DNA from: Tricharina praecox
Lineage: Eukaryota
Assembly (NCBI RefSeq): GCF_024521635.1
Contig: NW_026250409.1
Span: 124,001-188,000 of the forward strand
Length of the DNA: 64,000 bases
Direction of reading: 5' to 3'
A program made the position numbers and the translations under genes. Below, in pieces: positions 25,660 to 44,302 of this stretch; the first letter of the stretch is position 1; every line of letters starts with the position of its first letter. The notes below the pieces were generated by a model that was not told the DNA's origin, made no database searches, and saw only the letters and a program-made list of their open reading frames with translations.

Positions 25660-26422
25660 TCACTTTGCGGCAGGAGTGTAGTTCTTGTGATCGTTGTGCT
25701 TCTTGTAATACGGGCTGCTAGGCTGTGGCCTCATCTCCTCAGGGAGACTCTCCATTACCTTTGCGAGGATCGCATCGCGGCTCTTCTCATTCTCCGCATC
25801 TCTAGTCCACACCAGGATGAGATGAGAATTGAACCTAACACTGATGCTAACACCGCAGATATCGTCGCCTAAGCACCATCAGCATCCTTCCCTCCCCCAT
25901 CACCAGCTTCGCCCAAGCCTCGGAGAGAAACTCACCCTTCTCGACGACCTCCTGCAGGATCTCCCCAATGGCCATCATGAGCACCTCCTTCCAAAACTCA
26001 TGGCTCTGCGCCTTGGGCACACGGAATGTCCACGCGCCACCATTCTTATTCCTTGGATCCTCCCACAGCGGCTTGACGTTCTTCTTGAACAGGTGCAGCG
26101 ACTCCTTTAGCGTGAGGTTCGTGAACGGCGTGTTGTTGAACACCTGCCAGAAGCTCTGCACCGTGCTGATCTGCGCGATCTCCTTGAGTCGGTCGTCCCA
26201 CTTCTCGGGGGAGGCGTCGGGGTCGTCCCTATTTTTCATTGTTAGGAAAGGAGGGGAGAGGAGCCGGCGAGGGAGGAGAGTTTACTTCTCGTGCCAGAAC
26301 ACCCACTCGTGCCGTAGTGGGTATGGCCGCAGCTTCTTCAACATCGTCATGCGGAGCTCAGCCCGCTTTCCGGCGTTGGCATCGTCGATGGGGGCGACGG
26401 GGGTAGTCGTGGTTTCGGCCAT
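25660..26422 (-). CDS. eIF4E-family cap-binding protein (fungal eIF4E paralog), 3 exons
   Basis: YPLRHEWVFW, STVQSFWQVFNN, HLFKKNVKPLWEDPRNKNGGAW, FWKEVLMMAIGE, DDICGVSISVR..ILVWTR, YYKKH. Confidence 0.92.
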
Positions 26423-27416
26423 GTTGCTTGTGTGCTTGCTGTGTGCGAGGGGGAAAGAACGGTTGCGAGGGGGGGTTTTGTAGATAAAGAGGGAGGAGAC
26501 CAGATATAAACACGACACGACACGACGTTTCAGAGCTGTGACAGACACACCATAGCTGCCTACGTGCCCCGCAGCATGTCAGCTTCTGTAGGGATGCTTA
26601 AAGGCCCCTTGGCACGCACAGCCACGCGTATAGGCGCTCTGTTCATCCTAGTGGCTGACATGGAGACGAAGTGAGGACAAATGAGAACTGTTTCTAGGTA
26701 CTCGGCAGATGGTATCGTGCCTGAATGGGTGCTTGGTTGACCTGTTATGGCAAGACCCTTCTGCCTTACGGAAGCCAGCAAGAACAGATGGCGACGCATG
26801 CGCAGCCGCCCCGAGATTACCGCCGGTATGTTTTACCGTGCGCGCAAGAGATCGACTGGCTATGGTCATGCTTGTTTCAACGCTCGTCGTCTACGTCACA
26901 AACAATTTAAAGTTCCGCACGGTTGGTTTGCTTGTATCGGTCAGATGGCTTTTAGAGTGCAGTGCATGAGATCTCACTCGTCTCGTTTTGCAATGGCTCA
27001 TGTTGATATTGTGCGTCTTATTGCCTGTTCCGGAGTCACTGCTACTTTCCACTGTCCTTTGCATACTGCCCTCATTTCCTTTATGGATGCTTAGCATTGT
27101 CCATAGCTTCTCATCAGAGTCAGCCTCTTTAAGCCTTCAAGCCCCCAGCTCAGATTCGGAGAAGATGATGAAATGAGGGAACATATCTGCCTCGCTCTTT
27201 GCCGGATCTGGCTCCTCTAGCAAGCCGACTCAGGAGGGAGGCATAAGAGGGCGAGTGTGAAGGAAGAACACGCAGTCACTCGGACGGTCTTATGTACCTG
27301 AAGAATAGAGTTTTGAAACCCGGAATCTGAACACCATACTGGTACCATATTCATACCCCAGCGCTGAGTGATCAACCAACCCCACCGAAGGTAAGTTTAG
27401 GTAACCACTTGCAGCC

Positions 27417-28907
27417 ATGACCCACCCCACCACCATCACCAGCACCACCACCGACGACTCGGAAGTCGAAATTGGAACCACCACCGCCACCAAAGATGAA
27501 GATGACGATAAAGAATTTACCTTCACCGTTGCGATCACCGCCCTCCCGCCGCCCGCCACCCTCTCGCAGCTAACCAACTCCATCCGGCACAACACCCGTA
27601 CGCTGCGAAACCGGCTACACTCAATCGCCCATGACAGCGCCTTCGTCAGCAGCGTTTCCGCCGCCTACGGGCTGCCACTGCTCCCCAACCTGCGGGCGGG
27701 GGACTGGTACATCCCTTCCCCGCAGCGCACCCCGACATGCGTGTACTTCAAATCCACCGACGGTCACACCAACGAGTGGTCCTTCTCCTTACGGCGTTTG
27801 AACCTGCACCTCCTCCCGTTCATCGCCGCGCACGACGGCGCATGCATCGTCGACTCCACACGGCGCGGCAAGCGCTTCCCGGACGCGCTATCCAAGACGC
27901 TGCCGATCTGGATCGCGGTCGTCAACCGCCTGCTGTTCCCGGGGGTGCCTGGTGCGGGGACGGGGGAGCTACATACCACGCCGCTGGCGGTGGCGGAGTC
28001 GGAGCGCGCGGCGATCGAGCGCCGCATCGACGGCTGGGTGGAGGAGGCACGGAGGACGCTGGCCGGGCGAGAGCTGCCAGTGCTGCACAAGCCGATAAGG
28101 CCCATCTTTGTTACACCGCTGTCGCCGCTGCCTGAGGCGCCGCCAAGGTTTGAGGGATTCTATCCCCTGGTCCTGATCACGGCTAGTCGTGTCGTCGGTG
28201 GTACCGGCGTCGAGGGTGAGTATATCCAGGGCGCCGGCGACGACCATGAGGGCTGGACCGGGACTTCGGGGCTGACGCCGGCGATCTTCTGGGGGGAGTG
28301 GCATGCGCGGATTATGGCGGCGGGGGAGGACGATATCGACGATGTCGTCGCGGCGGCGGTCGCCGCGGAGACATCCGCCGACGCCGGAGGGGAGGTGGTA
28401 CGGATCGAGCCCACGAGCTGCGTTTACATAGCCCCGCGCACCGCGCTGTTGCCGGAGGAGGGGCTGGTCGTCGACTGCTGCGAGACGCAGCTGCAGGGCT
28501 GCGGCAACGCAGTCCACGTGCCGATTCCGGCGGGCAAGCGCGGGAATAAGGCGCTGCGAACGCTGGTGCCGCCGCTGATGCCGCTGCTTAGGAGGACCCT
28601 GGCGGATGGCGGGAGCGTCACGTTTGTGTGCGACAGTGGTGACGACGTGGCTGCTGCAGTCGCCGTCGTGTGCTTGTGCTCGTTCTTTGATGGCGAGGGT
28701 GTGTGCCTAGTGTTCCCCTTTGCTGGCTCGGGGCTGGAGCTAACGGTGGCTTAAGGGAATTTTGTTGACAACGAGGGAAGGAAATTTGCGGTTGATAAAT
28801 CGCTGGTCAAGCAGCGACTGGCGTGGATCTCGGCGGCAAGGCCCATGGCGAATCCTGCGAGGGGGCTGATGAGCGCTGTGAACTCGGTGCTGATGGGCTG
28901 GGAGTAG
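27417..28907 (+). CDS. RIT1: Initiator tRNA A64 2'-O-ribosylphosphate transferase, 2 exons
   Basis: LRNRLHSIAHD, PNLRAGDWY, VYFKSTDGHTNEWSFSLRRLNLH, IVDSTRRGKRFPDALSKTLPIW, YIQGAGDDHEGW, CDSGDD. Exon 2 reads KQRLAWI..ANPARGLMSAVNSVLM. Intron 28699-28755. Confidence 0.95.
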
Positions 28908-30140
28908 GCTGGGATACGGGATGTCACTCATCTGTAGCATACCGGGTTTTTTTTTCTAGGAGGAGTAGGACTGTTACATCGGATGGACCACTGTCTTGCG
29001 TGGATAGGATAATCGGAGTGCGGTGTATGTTTTGCTATTCTAGCTGCCTAAGTTACATGCAATCAATGCGGAAACAAACCCCCCTCCCTCCCCCTACAAA
29101 AAAAAGACCCTCTCGTGCATTGGTTTCAGCCAAAGGCATACGATCCCGCCACGTTCATCCATCTCTCATTCAGCAGCAAGCCACGATATCCCATCCCATC
29201 CCGAGCAACTCCGATTCACTATTGCACGATCGTCATCACAGTTCGATCACAGTTCGATCACTGTGCACACATCGTCATCACCAGAAATTTCATTTCTTTC
29301 CAGCCTCACAAAACAACCCCTCCCCTCCATCCTCCTCGCAAAGCCTAGATCGAGTGAGATACATAGGTCCCTTCCCAAGTAACATAGCTGCAAAAATCAC
29401 ACCTCCCAGCTCCCAGCTTCCAGCTTCCAGTCGTCCCTCTCCTCCCCTCGCAGTACATAGATGGTAGATAGCGCGCGTAACGGCAGACGGGCGGATGGGC
29501 GACGCGCGCAGCACGACGCTAGACAAGTAGGCAAGTAGGCAAGAAAGTAGGCAAGTAGGCAAGTAGGCAAATACGCAAGTATGATAGGCAGGGATCAAAA
29601 AGTAAGAAATACTAGGTAGTACGTTAGGCCGGCTAGGAGAGCGGTACTCAAGTAGAGTAGACGAAGTAAAGTAAAGTAGAGTGCGTTGAGTAGAAGTAAA
29701 GTAAAAGTAGAAGACAAATATACGACGAAACGAGCGAGTGATGAAGAACAGGAGAAGAATAAACGCCTTAAACCCACCTCTTTTTTTTTCCAAAACCCAA
29801 ACGTCAAAAAAGAAAAGAAAAAACCAACATAAATCAACCAAAACCTCCTGCCCTCTGCTCCTCAAAGGTATATGAAAGAAAAAGATAAAGAAATAGACTG
29901 AAGAGAAAAAAGAAAAAATGGTATTGTAGAGCTCCAAATCCAAGGAACAGAGCACGAAAAGAAAAGAAAAAGAAAAAAGATCAAAACAAATGGAACCAAA
30001 AAATAGATGGGATTGATCAAAAGAACTCCAGTCCTATACGCCTTCCAAAATCCCGACTCCAGACCCTCCTTCCAACTTTCACCTCTACGCTGGTATCGGT
30101 ATCTTCCTCCTCCTCTTCCTCCTCCATACTTACTCCATAC

Positions 30141-32285
30141 TTACTCCATCTTCCCTACCCTCCCGTTGCCGTCCTCGTTCGGGAGTTCACTCCTTAGAAA
30201 CTCCGTGAATCCCAGAGCACTGGTATGCGGATGACTCGCGCCCATTTGTGCGTTCATGCTCACCGATGAGTCGTACTGCTGGTGGCTACCTCCGCCCCCG
30301 CCAGAGCCGTCACCGCCAAGATTATGGTGCGACGGACGGTGTCCCAGCTGCGTATGCTGATGGTTGGGAGGAGGCGGCGGAAGCTGCACAGGTTGGAAGG
30401 GTCCGCCGGAGACAGGCGTGGGTGGATTGCTCCCCGATTGACGTGGAGGTCCATACGGTGTGTGGTTCGGGGTCGAGCTAGGAGGGTATTGGTTGAACAT
30501 CCATGGGTGGTGCACCGGAGCCCCCGATGATTGCGGAATCGATGGCATGGTGTTGCCGCGTCGCAGGACAGGGCCTTGGCTCGGCGCGCTGACCATGTAG
30601 AAGTCGGACATACCGCTCCGTATGCTGAGTTCTGGCATGTACTGCGGTTGGTCCTGCATAGGGGACGTCTGCTGCAACGCTGGCTGGGATACAAAGCTTG
30701 TCGCGTATCCTATGTTTGAATCCAGGTTAGGAGCCGGTACGTTGGAACCAGAAAACGGATCGTGTCCTGGTTGTTGCATACCACCGCCACCATTCTCATC
30801 CCGACCCTCCATCCGAGACGACGGAACCCGCATGTCCACCATGCTACCTTCGTCCGTAATATCCACCATATCGCACTCTGACGGGGTCTGAATGCCATGA
30901 ACCGCCGACATCCTACGGTCCGCAAGCGATCGGTTGTTGTCGGATCCGGAATCTCTGCGGATCGGGGAGGCAATGCTTTTACGACGAAGTTGTGGGGAGG
31001 GCTTTCGTGGTGGACTCCTTATAATCTTCTCGGACGCGGCAACGAAGATGAACGTGTCAGGCGCTGAAACATGTCAGCGATCAGGAAGTATAAAGTCTGG
31101 GATCCTCCCCCCATTCTGTCCACATACGCAATTCTCGCCTGTCGTAACGCTCCTCCTGTCTCGCAACATGGTATATTTCCTCCAGCAACGGGATGCGCTC
31201 TTTCGGAATCTGGACCATGACTTCGGCCGTAGCAGCCTCGAGCTTCGAGATGGTAACCCTGCGGCTTCGCAGCATCGTCAAGAGCAACGTCAATCGTTCT
31301 CAAAGGCACACCGAAAAAGATCAGAAACTCTGCCACTCTAAAAAATTGCCGGGGGCCACGGAAAAACTCACCAGGTTTCATGAGGTGGTCCGGCTCCTTG
31401 TGGCGAACATCTGCAGGCCACCAATTTGGCTTGCTCTCGTCCCCACGATTGTATGGAAAATTCGACTGCTTTTTAGGCTCAATCACCTTGATCCAAGCCT
31501 TAGCCACAACCTTACACATGAGCTGTTGCATCTGTCGCAGCCGTGTCATGTAAAAAGTGGTAACGGCATCGCGGTCGCCGATGGCGAGCTGCTGATAATC
31601 CTGACTGATGCCGTCAAACTCGGAGGCCGATGAGCCTCGTCTGTCCCTTGGGTTTGGCTTCCTCTTCTTCGAGGCGGTGGAATCATCTAAAGATAATCGA
31701 TTACCAACCCGCATGCCGATCGAATCGTGCGAAGTGAGGGAGTGCATACGTGCTGTATGATCCTGGGACATGGTCTGCTCGTGCTCCTCATCACCCCATC
31801 CATCCTCCTCTTCCTCTTCCTCGTGCTGGACAACCTGAACCTTGTCCTGCTGGGTGGCCTTCTTGTCGATACCACTGTCCCTTCTCCGGCGAACCTTTTT
31901 CTCATTCGCTGCACTGACCGCAATTTGACGTGCTTCTTGCTTGACCTGCTCGGTAATCCACTTGTCTCGATAGCCTTGGAAGGCGCTTGTCGCTTGCATC
32001 TCGAGGCTACCAGCCGAGTCGCAGATGATCAACAGAAACTGACTTGACGTCGCGTGCGCATGTTTCATCAATTGCTTCTGAAAGTGTTTCACGAAGTCGG
32101 CAGGCTCTGTCTATCCGGCCGAACTCAGTCATCGTTATGGTCACCCAAAAAAAATGATCATCACAGGGACATGTATCGATCTCGTTTGCAGGTATCGACT
32201 GCAAGATCGGTGTAAACATGATTGGCCACAGGCGATAAAGGACGGTTATATGATGACACCGTTCGAGCCAGGAGGGGAGAGAGCG

Positions 32286-32334
<49 letters not shown>

Positions 32335-32535
32335 TATGCAAGGCATCGTGGAGGAGCAAGGGGATGCACAAATGAGGGAGTGAAGGACGGACACCGCATG
32401 TAAGATGGGATAGAAAAAAGACAGGCAACTTACCAGTGATTTCGCACGGGCGTGTTTCTGTAGTTTGATTCCACTACCAGCTGGCAGCCCCGGCATCGCC
32501 GACGACATCATTGACATCTTCACTGACTTATCCAT
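30141..32535 (-). CDS. DUF2841 / YDR124W-like protein of unknown function, 4 exons
   Basis: The conserved block FYMTRLRQMQQLMCKVVAKAWIKVIEPKKQSNFPYNRGDESKPNWWPADVRHKEPDHLMKP|ERLTLLLTMLR is characteristic of this family. The C-terminus is low-complexity. The first exon and start are less certain. Confidence 0.82.
32290..32330. repeat. (GA)n microsatellite in the first intron of the DUF2841 gene
   Basis: About 20 uninterrupted GA units. Confidence 0.9.
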
Positions 32536-35500
32536 GACGTCTGTGTGTGTTTCTAGGGGGGGGGGGGGGGTGATTGATATCCAAACGACAACACAAGCAG
32601 CAAAAAATATTGGGTAGGGGGAGGAGGCTCAACGATTGGGCTCTGCGGAAATTCGTTTTGCGGGGAAGGTAAAAAAAGTGATCCTGATCTGCGTTAATGA
32701 TGTTGTTTCCCTTTTTCCGATCGATGAGTGGGGCCGTTGAGCAAGGTGTCCATCGACCGACATCCCTTGCTTGGATCTCGGGAAATCACAAACTTACGCT
32801 TCGAAGGATGGAAGAGCTGACGTGCAGCAAGTTGTCTCGCAACTAATTCAGAGACCGGGCGCTCAGAATAGTACGAGGATGGTTGACGATGTGATGGCAG
32901 TGTTGTGATCAAGCGCGCTGCTGCCGCGTCTCTCTTCTTCGTCCTTCTTTGATGGATCTCGGATAGGGCGACGGCAGCGGCGCTGGCGGCGGTGGGTGGC
33001 GGCGGACGGCGAGAGAAGCGATGGTAATAATTACCCTAGCTGAAATTGACTGACGCCGTTCGTTCGTTAGTGAAGGTCTTGAGCAGCACCTAGTGGCGGC
33101 GGAATCGGCATCATCATCCGCAAGGCTTTTGATGGAGGAATGGGGCGCGTTCTGCGGCAACGAAGGGTTGGGAGGGGGGGGAGGGGGAGGGGGGTGGGGG
33201 ATTTCGCAGAGGAGACAAAAAAACGCTTGATATGGGAAGATCGGAGAACTGACGTGTTGGGAGCCCGGCTGAACCAAAATATGGACGGTGGTAGGGTGTG
33301 GTAAGGGTAGGTAGGGGTGGAGGGATACGAAGTAGCCAGACAATGACGCCTGTCAGCAGCAGCAGCAGCTCTGCTCGCCTCCAGTAGAGTAGAGGAAATC
33401 TGCCTCGCCTCGACTGCAAGAGGGGATCCCCTGGATGAATCCCCGCGATGTGATAGCAGGACAGGTCCAGCTGGGGGGGTCGGGGTTCTGCGATCTAGCC
33501 AGACGGAACACTTGCGGGACCGTTTGGGGAGACGACGAAGAGCAAGAACTGACGAGATATCAGATCGCAATCCTGGGGGAAGTCGAAGGGTGGGTGGGAA
33601 AGGGCATTCCACGCAATAGGGTGGAGATGGGACAAGGGACGAGACGGTGCAGACAGGCAGACAAAAGAAAGAACGATCGGACGGATGACCACTATGCAGG
33701 ATAAGCGGGTGTGCTCAGCTAAAGAAGAGGATGATTGATATATAGCAAGCAATCAAGCATCGAAATGGCACCACGAGCAAGAGCTATTGCCTTGGGATAG
33801 AGGAGAGGGGGGAGGGGGGGGTTGTTTTGGGGTTTAGGGGTTTTGAGGAGGGGGGTTTTCTGGAGCGCAAAGGGCGACTGTATTCCACCCTAAGCGGCAG
33901 CACCAGCAGGCACGACAATTGCAGCAACAGCAGAGTAGGCAGCAGCCAGCAACAGCTTGCAAAACACTGCAAAACCCTCCCTCAAGAATCTCCGCAGAAA
34001 TGAAAAAAGTGCGAAAATTCAAGTTTACTGACAGGTAGATTATAATAATAGTAGTAGCAGCGACACCAACAGCAGCAACAACAGCAACAGTAACCGCAAT
34101 AATAACAACGACGATGTTGATAGTGGGTATGTGTGTGTGTGTGTGTGTATAATATATGGCGGGGGAGGGGTGGATAGTGGTGGGGAAAGGGGAATTTACA
34201 GGAAAGAACCTTGGATGCAGCTCTGTCTGGAGAATCCCGGCTATTGATTGATTGACTGACAGGCCCCCAAAAAATTGTTGGAGACGATGATGCTGCTGGT
34301 CGCGCTTCTGCTTCCTGTGGCGGTGTCGTATCGTACTTCTTCCTTCTTCTTCTTCTTCTTCTCTTTGGGCGAAAGGTCCTTGGGTGATGGCTGCAGGTAT
34401 GGTGTAATTCCTCTCTCTCTCTCTTTTTCTCTCTCTCTATCTCTCCAATCCCTTTCCTTATCCTTCCTTTACCGGCGGGAAAAGAAGCTAGGGGTCCACT
34501 GCACTGCGGGTACACAGGCGACGGGAGAGAAAGTGAAGGAGACAGAAGAAGGACCAGATGGCGATAGGTATCTGTTGTTCAAGGGGGAAGAAGAAGTGCG
34601 GATGTATCCTATAGCCGTGGAATAGGGAGAGGGAGAAGGGGAATATTGATCCTTAGTCGGCTGTACATTCGTCTTTGCGTATTGTTTTTTGTTTTTTGTT
34701 TTCCGTGAGTAAAGTAGATGGCGAGTGAGCTATCCACGCCGCGTCACTTGGGTCTCTTCCGTTCTCTCTCTCTCTCACGGACGGGGGGCGGGCGAATGGG
34801 GCTGCTGTGGGTGGCGTTTATCGTTGCTGTATGGTGTAGGACGGTGCGGTTGAAGGGTATGTGCGGGTACCAGTAGCAGGGCGGGCTGAGAGGGAGTGTA
34901 TGTAGTAGGCGGTAGAATGACAGGCTGGCAAGGTACTTTACTCGTTCAGCCAGCGGACCTTCTTCGAAGACGAAGACGACAACGAGACGAAAGGATGACG
35001 GATAGCGGGAGAGGAGGAGAGAGAGTGCGAAAGTGATATGTGAGGCAGTTGGATGGGATGGCGGGAGGTGGGGAGGGGGGGGAGGGGGGGTCGGATGGGG
35101 GGGTTAGATAGACGGACGGACTGGGGTTTCAGAGCGAACGAACGAGCAACGAGCGAACGAGCGAACGACGGAGTGTGAAGTTGCGCAGGGAGCACACGCC
35201 TCTCTGCCTCTTCCCTCTGCTCTGAGCTTAGCGTGCTCTATGCAAGGATTGGAGCTACACCCAACGAGCAAGAGCCTCGCAATGGAGTGTTGCACGAAAC
35301 GCAACGCCGGCAAGCCCCGCAAAGGAAACCAAACTATTGAACATCGCGTCCGCATTGGCTGGCGGCCTCGGGAGGGGGAGAGGGGGCTGAACGCTGAACC
35401 AGGGGACTAGTAGAGCGCGCTCTGAAACACGCTCGTCGCTCACACACCCTGGCCGAAATGGGTGCTGTAATTTGCGCCGATTCGGGCAGCCTTGGCACCC

Positions 35501-38134
35501 GCAAACACCGTGTCGTCGGAGGGCTGCGCGTGTGCATTCCAGACATGTGGGCTCGGCCGTGTGGCGTTTTCGGTCAGTCTCATACATGAGTACCGTACCT
35601 CCCTAGGAAGGTACTGGTTAGTACACCCTGCCGGGACGGACAACCGTGCGCGGGCTGATGGGCGTGAGGGTTTTGTGCGTATATAGTTTGCTCCGAAGTG
35701 AGCCTCGCTTGTGTAGTTATGATAGCCGCCCGCGGCCCAGCGTGACAACGGACGCCCGGCTCACGTCAGCCGCACGGCCGATCACTCGCCCGCATGTCCA
35801 GCAGATAAGAGCACAGACCTAAACCTTAAATTCCCACTTTCCCAGAACAGTAAATCAAGCGAACAATCAGCACGAGACGAACTCCAACGAAAAGAAACGT
35901 CCAGAAAGAAAAGAAAAAAAAGAAAAAAAAGAAAACCGAAGGGGAAGGGAAGGGGAAGGGGGAAAGAATCCATGTCGATGTGTGAGGCGACAAACGTAGG
36001 GCTGCTGCTGATGGAATCCGAAGCGAGGGCCGTGTTGGGACGACGTTTTGCCCCCATGACGAGCCGCTGCATCGTCTCCGGCCTGGGGCAACGGCGGACA
36101 CTATTCCTGCCGCGGACGCTTGGACGGTATCCTCAGGAGTGATATCGAGCACGGGCCCGGTCTGGGCGGGGGGATTGGAGGAGAGAGGCCCGGAACTGCC
36201 GTCCTGCCGTCTGCCGTCATACTGACAAACCTCAGCTCCAGCTCGTCAGCTCGGTTGTCCTTCGCAGGTCGAATCTTTCGGCGTAAGCCGTCCTGCCCAC
36301 CGTCGTGCCCACCACTATCACCACCACCACGGCCAGCACCGTAGCCAGCATCGTGAGAGAACAACGCACTTCACCGATTCCCCACCCTGCGCCTTCACAT
36401 CCAGCACCTTGCCAAGCTGGTTCGCATTCACAGAACAAAACAAAACAAACCCCCCAAAAAACAAAAAACCGTCGTGGTGCAGTGCGACCGACCAAGTGAC
36501 CGACCTCCGGGCATCCCATTTCAGAACCCTGGTGGGGGGGTAGGGCACAACGCAGATCCGAGTACCGTACCTTATCTTCCCGCAGTTTATGCACGTCGGT
36601 GTGCATACATACATTATGTACATACATGCAATGTACGTCGGGTTCCCATTTCCGGCGGGGGCCCTGTGCGAAGGAACGCCCCGCGAGTGATGTCGTGTGT
36701 TCCGTCCGTCCGTTCGTTTGTCCGGAGGCAACATACACCACGTGCGCGGATGTTGGCCATGTCTGTACTCGCGATTAGCCCGGACGATGGACCCCATGGA
36801 TCCGGAAGGAGACGGAGACGGTGATATCTGGGTAGCTACTAACTACCCTATGCTGAATCCGACGGTTCGCAGAATCGCAACCAACGGTAGCAGCAGTCCT
36901 AGACTCCTCGTTAGCGGGTACCGTGCCCAACAGTCGAAAGCCCCCCCTTTCGCCCCGCGCTTCCCCACTTGCCCCTCCCTCCCTCCCCCCTCCCATCCCC
37001 TCCCCCTTTTGCCGCCTAGGTTTAGTTAACGATCTGCCGACGTCGGCGCTCGATGACGCTCCCCCGCACGGCGCACGCACGCACGCAACAAAAAGTAAAA
37101 GCAAAAGGAAAAAAGTAAAAACAAAAGAAAGAAAGCCCCCAAAAAAAACATCAGGCGAACCACCACCACCCCACAGCCCACATCGCACATCGCAATCACG
37201 GGCGTCGGGTAACGGACCTTTCATCCCCGTGCCACCTCTACATACCTCTACCCTACCCTACCCCACGTCTGCGGTGCGGCGCAGTGGGTGCCAAAGTGTG
37301 TACCGCTTTCGACGGTAACTGTCGGGAAGGAGGGGGGGGCGGGAGGTGGACGTCATATATGGAAGCGTACTAGAACATCAGCAGCCGTTAGCGCTGCGTT
37401 GCGTGCGGGCGTGCGGGCAGAAGAATATCTCCAGAAGCATGTATGTAGATGTGTAGGTAGATGTGTAGATAGATACACCGATATCGCCGGTGCCGGTCCG
37501 GAGCGGCAATGGGGATACATACAGGCTCTAGGTAGAGTACTCTACCTACTCTACTCTGCTCTAGTTTCCCCTCGGCCGTACGGTAATACTATACCGGTAT
37601 ATGTATATGCGCTCACAGCCCATCATAGCAGGTGCTGAGCTCTCTCTCACGGGCACAGATGATTCGTTGGTGCCCCAAAACTCGAAGATGTGGGAAAAGA
37701 GCGTACGGGAAACAGGGGTGGTAGCGGCGGCGGAGGCGGCGGTGCTGATGCTGGTGGTGGTGGTGGTGGTGCGGCTGCTGAAGAGTGATGATCCAGAACG
37801 GAGCGGTGATCTGTGTTTGTTGGAGTATCTAGCGTTGCAGCATGTGATGGCGCCGAGTTGGAATAGAGTGTTGTGCATGAGTCTACTACCTACAGGACAC
37901 TTGCGAAATGCTAGCCGGCGTTAAGATTTTTTTTTATCGTGCAAACAGAACAAACGTTGTCATGCTACCCAACTCTACGTACTCATCCATCCATTCATCC
38001 ATCCATCCACCATTCATCGTTCATACTTAGCTAAACCACAAGCAAACAGAACCCTAAAGAACCGAAAGAACCTAAAGGTATTGAAACAACCGAACCGAAA
38101 AAAAAACAACAGAACGTGCGTGCTTTTCTACCAT

Positions 38135-43133
<4,999 letters not shown>

Positions 43134-43779
43134 CTATCGGCGAGAAACTGTCGCCGCTTTCCCAGATATATGTGCGCTCCAGCCACACCCTTCTCTATAT
43201 CGCGTGGCTTCCTATTCGTAGAGTCGTATGATAGGGTGGGGGTTCAATTATAGAGGTTGAGGCACAGGATGAAGAATGCCGTTGACGGATGACACTCTTT
43301 GGACGATAAAACACGAGGGATGCACGTTCCGACCAGCACGCACAGAAGAACTGCTATTTGACATCAGCAGCGGCGGCGGAGCTGCACTAAGTCCGAGCTG
43401 CCACTGCTCAGTAATACGCAGCCGCTAGTCAGGAAGACGCGAACAGAACACGAACGAGCGCTCCGGCTAGTCAATCGGGTTGGTCCATCCAGAGGGATTA
43501 GTAATATGCCTTGGCATGACCCATTCACACTCACCTTGCCGCGCTTGGAATGACTCCCACAAGCTCAGCTCTTGCCGCTAACTGCCTAAAGTAACCTATT
43601 ACTGCCGTACTCTAACATTTCATCGTCAACCGAACCGAACAACACACTTCTTCCTCCACGACCACTACACTTATCCCCTCTACCACCACCACCACACCCT
43701 GCGGACATCGCTCGCTCCCATCGCTCCCATCGTCCATCGCTTGACTACGGACCGAAACCAGTCACACAAACAACGAGTC

Positions 43780-44302
43780 ATGTCTAACTACGCTACGCCG
43801 GGGCAGATGCGCACTCTGCGCGCCTGCATGATTTGTTCGTTCGTGCAGACCACCCAGGTCAGTTCCGTCCCGTCGCGTCGCGACCGAAAAGGAAGAAAGA
43901 AAGAAATCAAAAAGGAACCTAAAGACTGACGCGTTTCTGCAGAAATTCAAGCAGACCGGATGTCCCAACTGCGAGCAGCTGCTCCAGAACCTCGGACACG
44001 ACGCGATCGAAGACATTACGTCGCACGTCTTTGAGGGTTTGGTCGCACTGCGAGAGCCGACGAAGTCGTGGGTCGCCCGTTGGCAGAGGGTCGAGAAATG
44101 CGAGAAGGGAGTTTACGCTGTTAAGGTCAGCGGAAACGTGAGTGTTGAGCCTCCTCCCCCACTCCGCAGTCACGGGGAAAACGCAATCGCTGATGTGGCT
44201 TCTTTTTTCTTCGCGCAGTTGCCGGAAGAGATTCTCCGTGAGTTGGAGAACAGCAACATGGTCTACCGCCCCCGCGATGGTAGTTACGTCGTCGAGGATT
44301 GA
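43780..44302 (+). CDS. SPT4: Transcription elongation factor Spt4, 3 exons
   Basis: LRACMICSFVQTTQ|KFKQTGCPNCE..TSHVFEGLVAL..PTKSWVARWQR..GVYAVKVSGN|LPEE..YRPRDGS. Confidence 0.96.

Noticed and set aside
26560..27290. Possible gene or TE relic between the eIF4E gene and RIT1
   Set aside because: Only short broken frames are present, with no recognisable similarity or terminal repeats.
29290..29955. Hydrophobic 221-aa ORF resembling a membrane protein
   Set aside because: It is a translation of the T-rich 3' region of the DUF2841 gene, and the Phe/Leu content is compositional.
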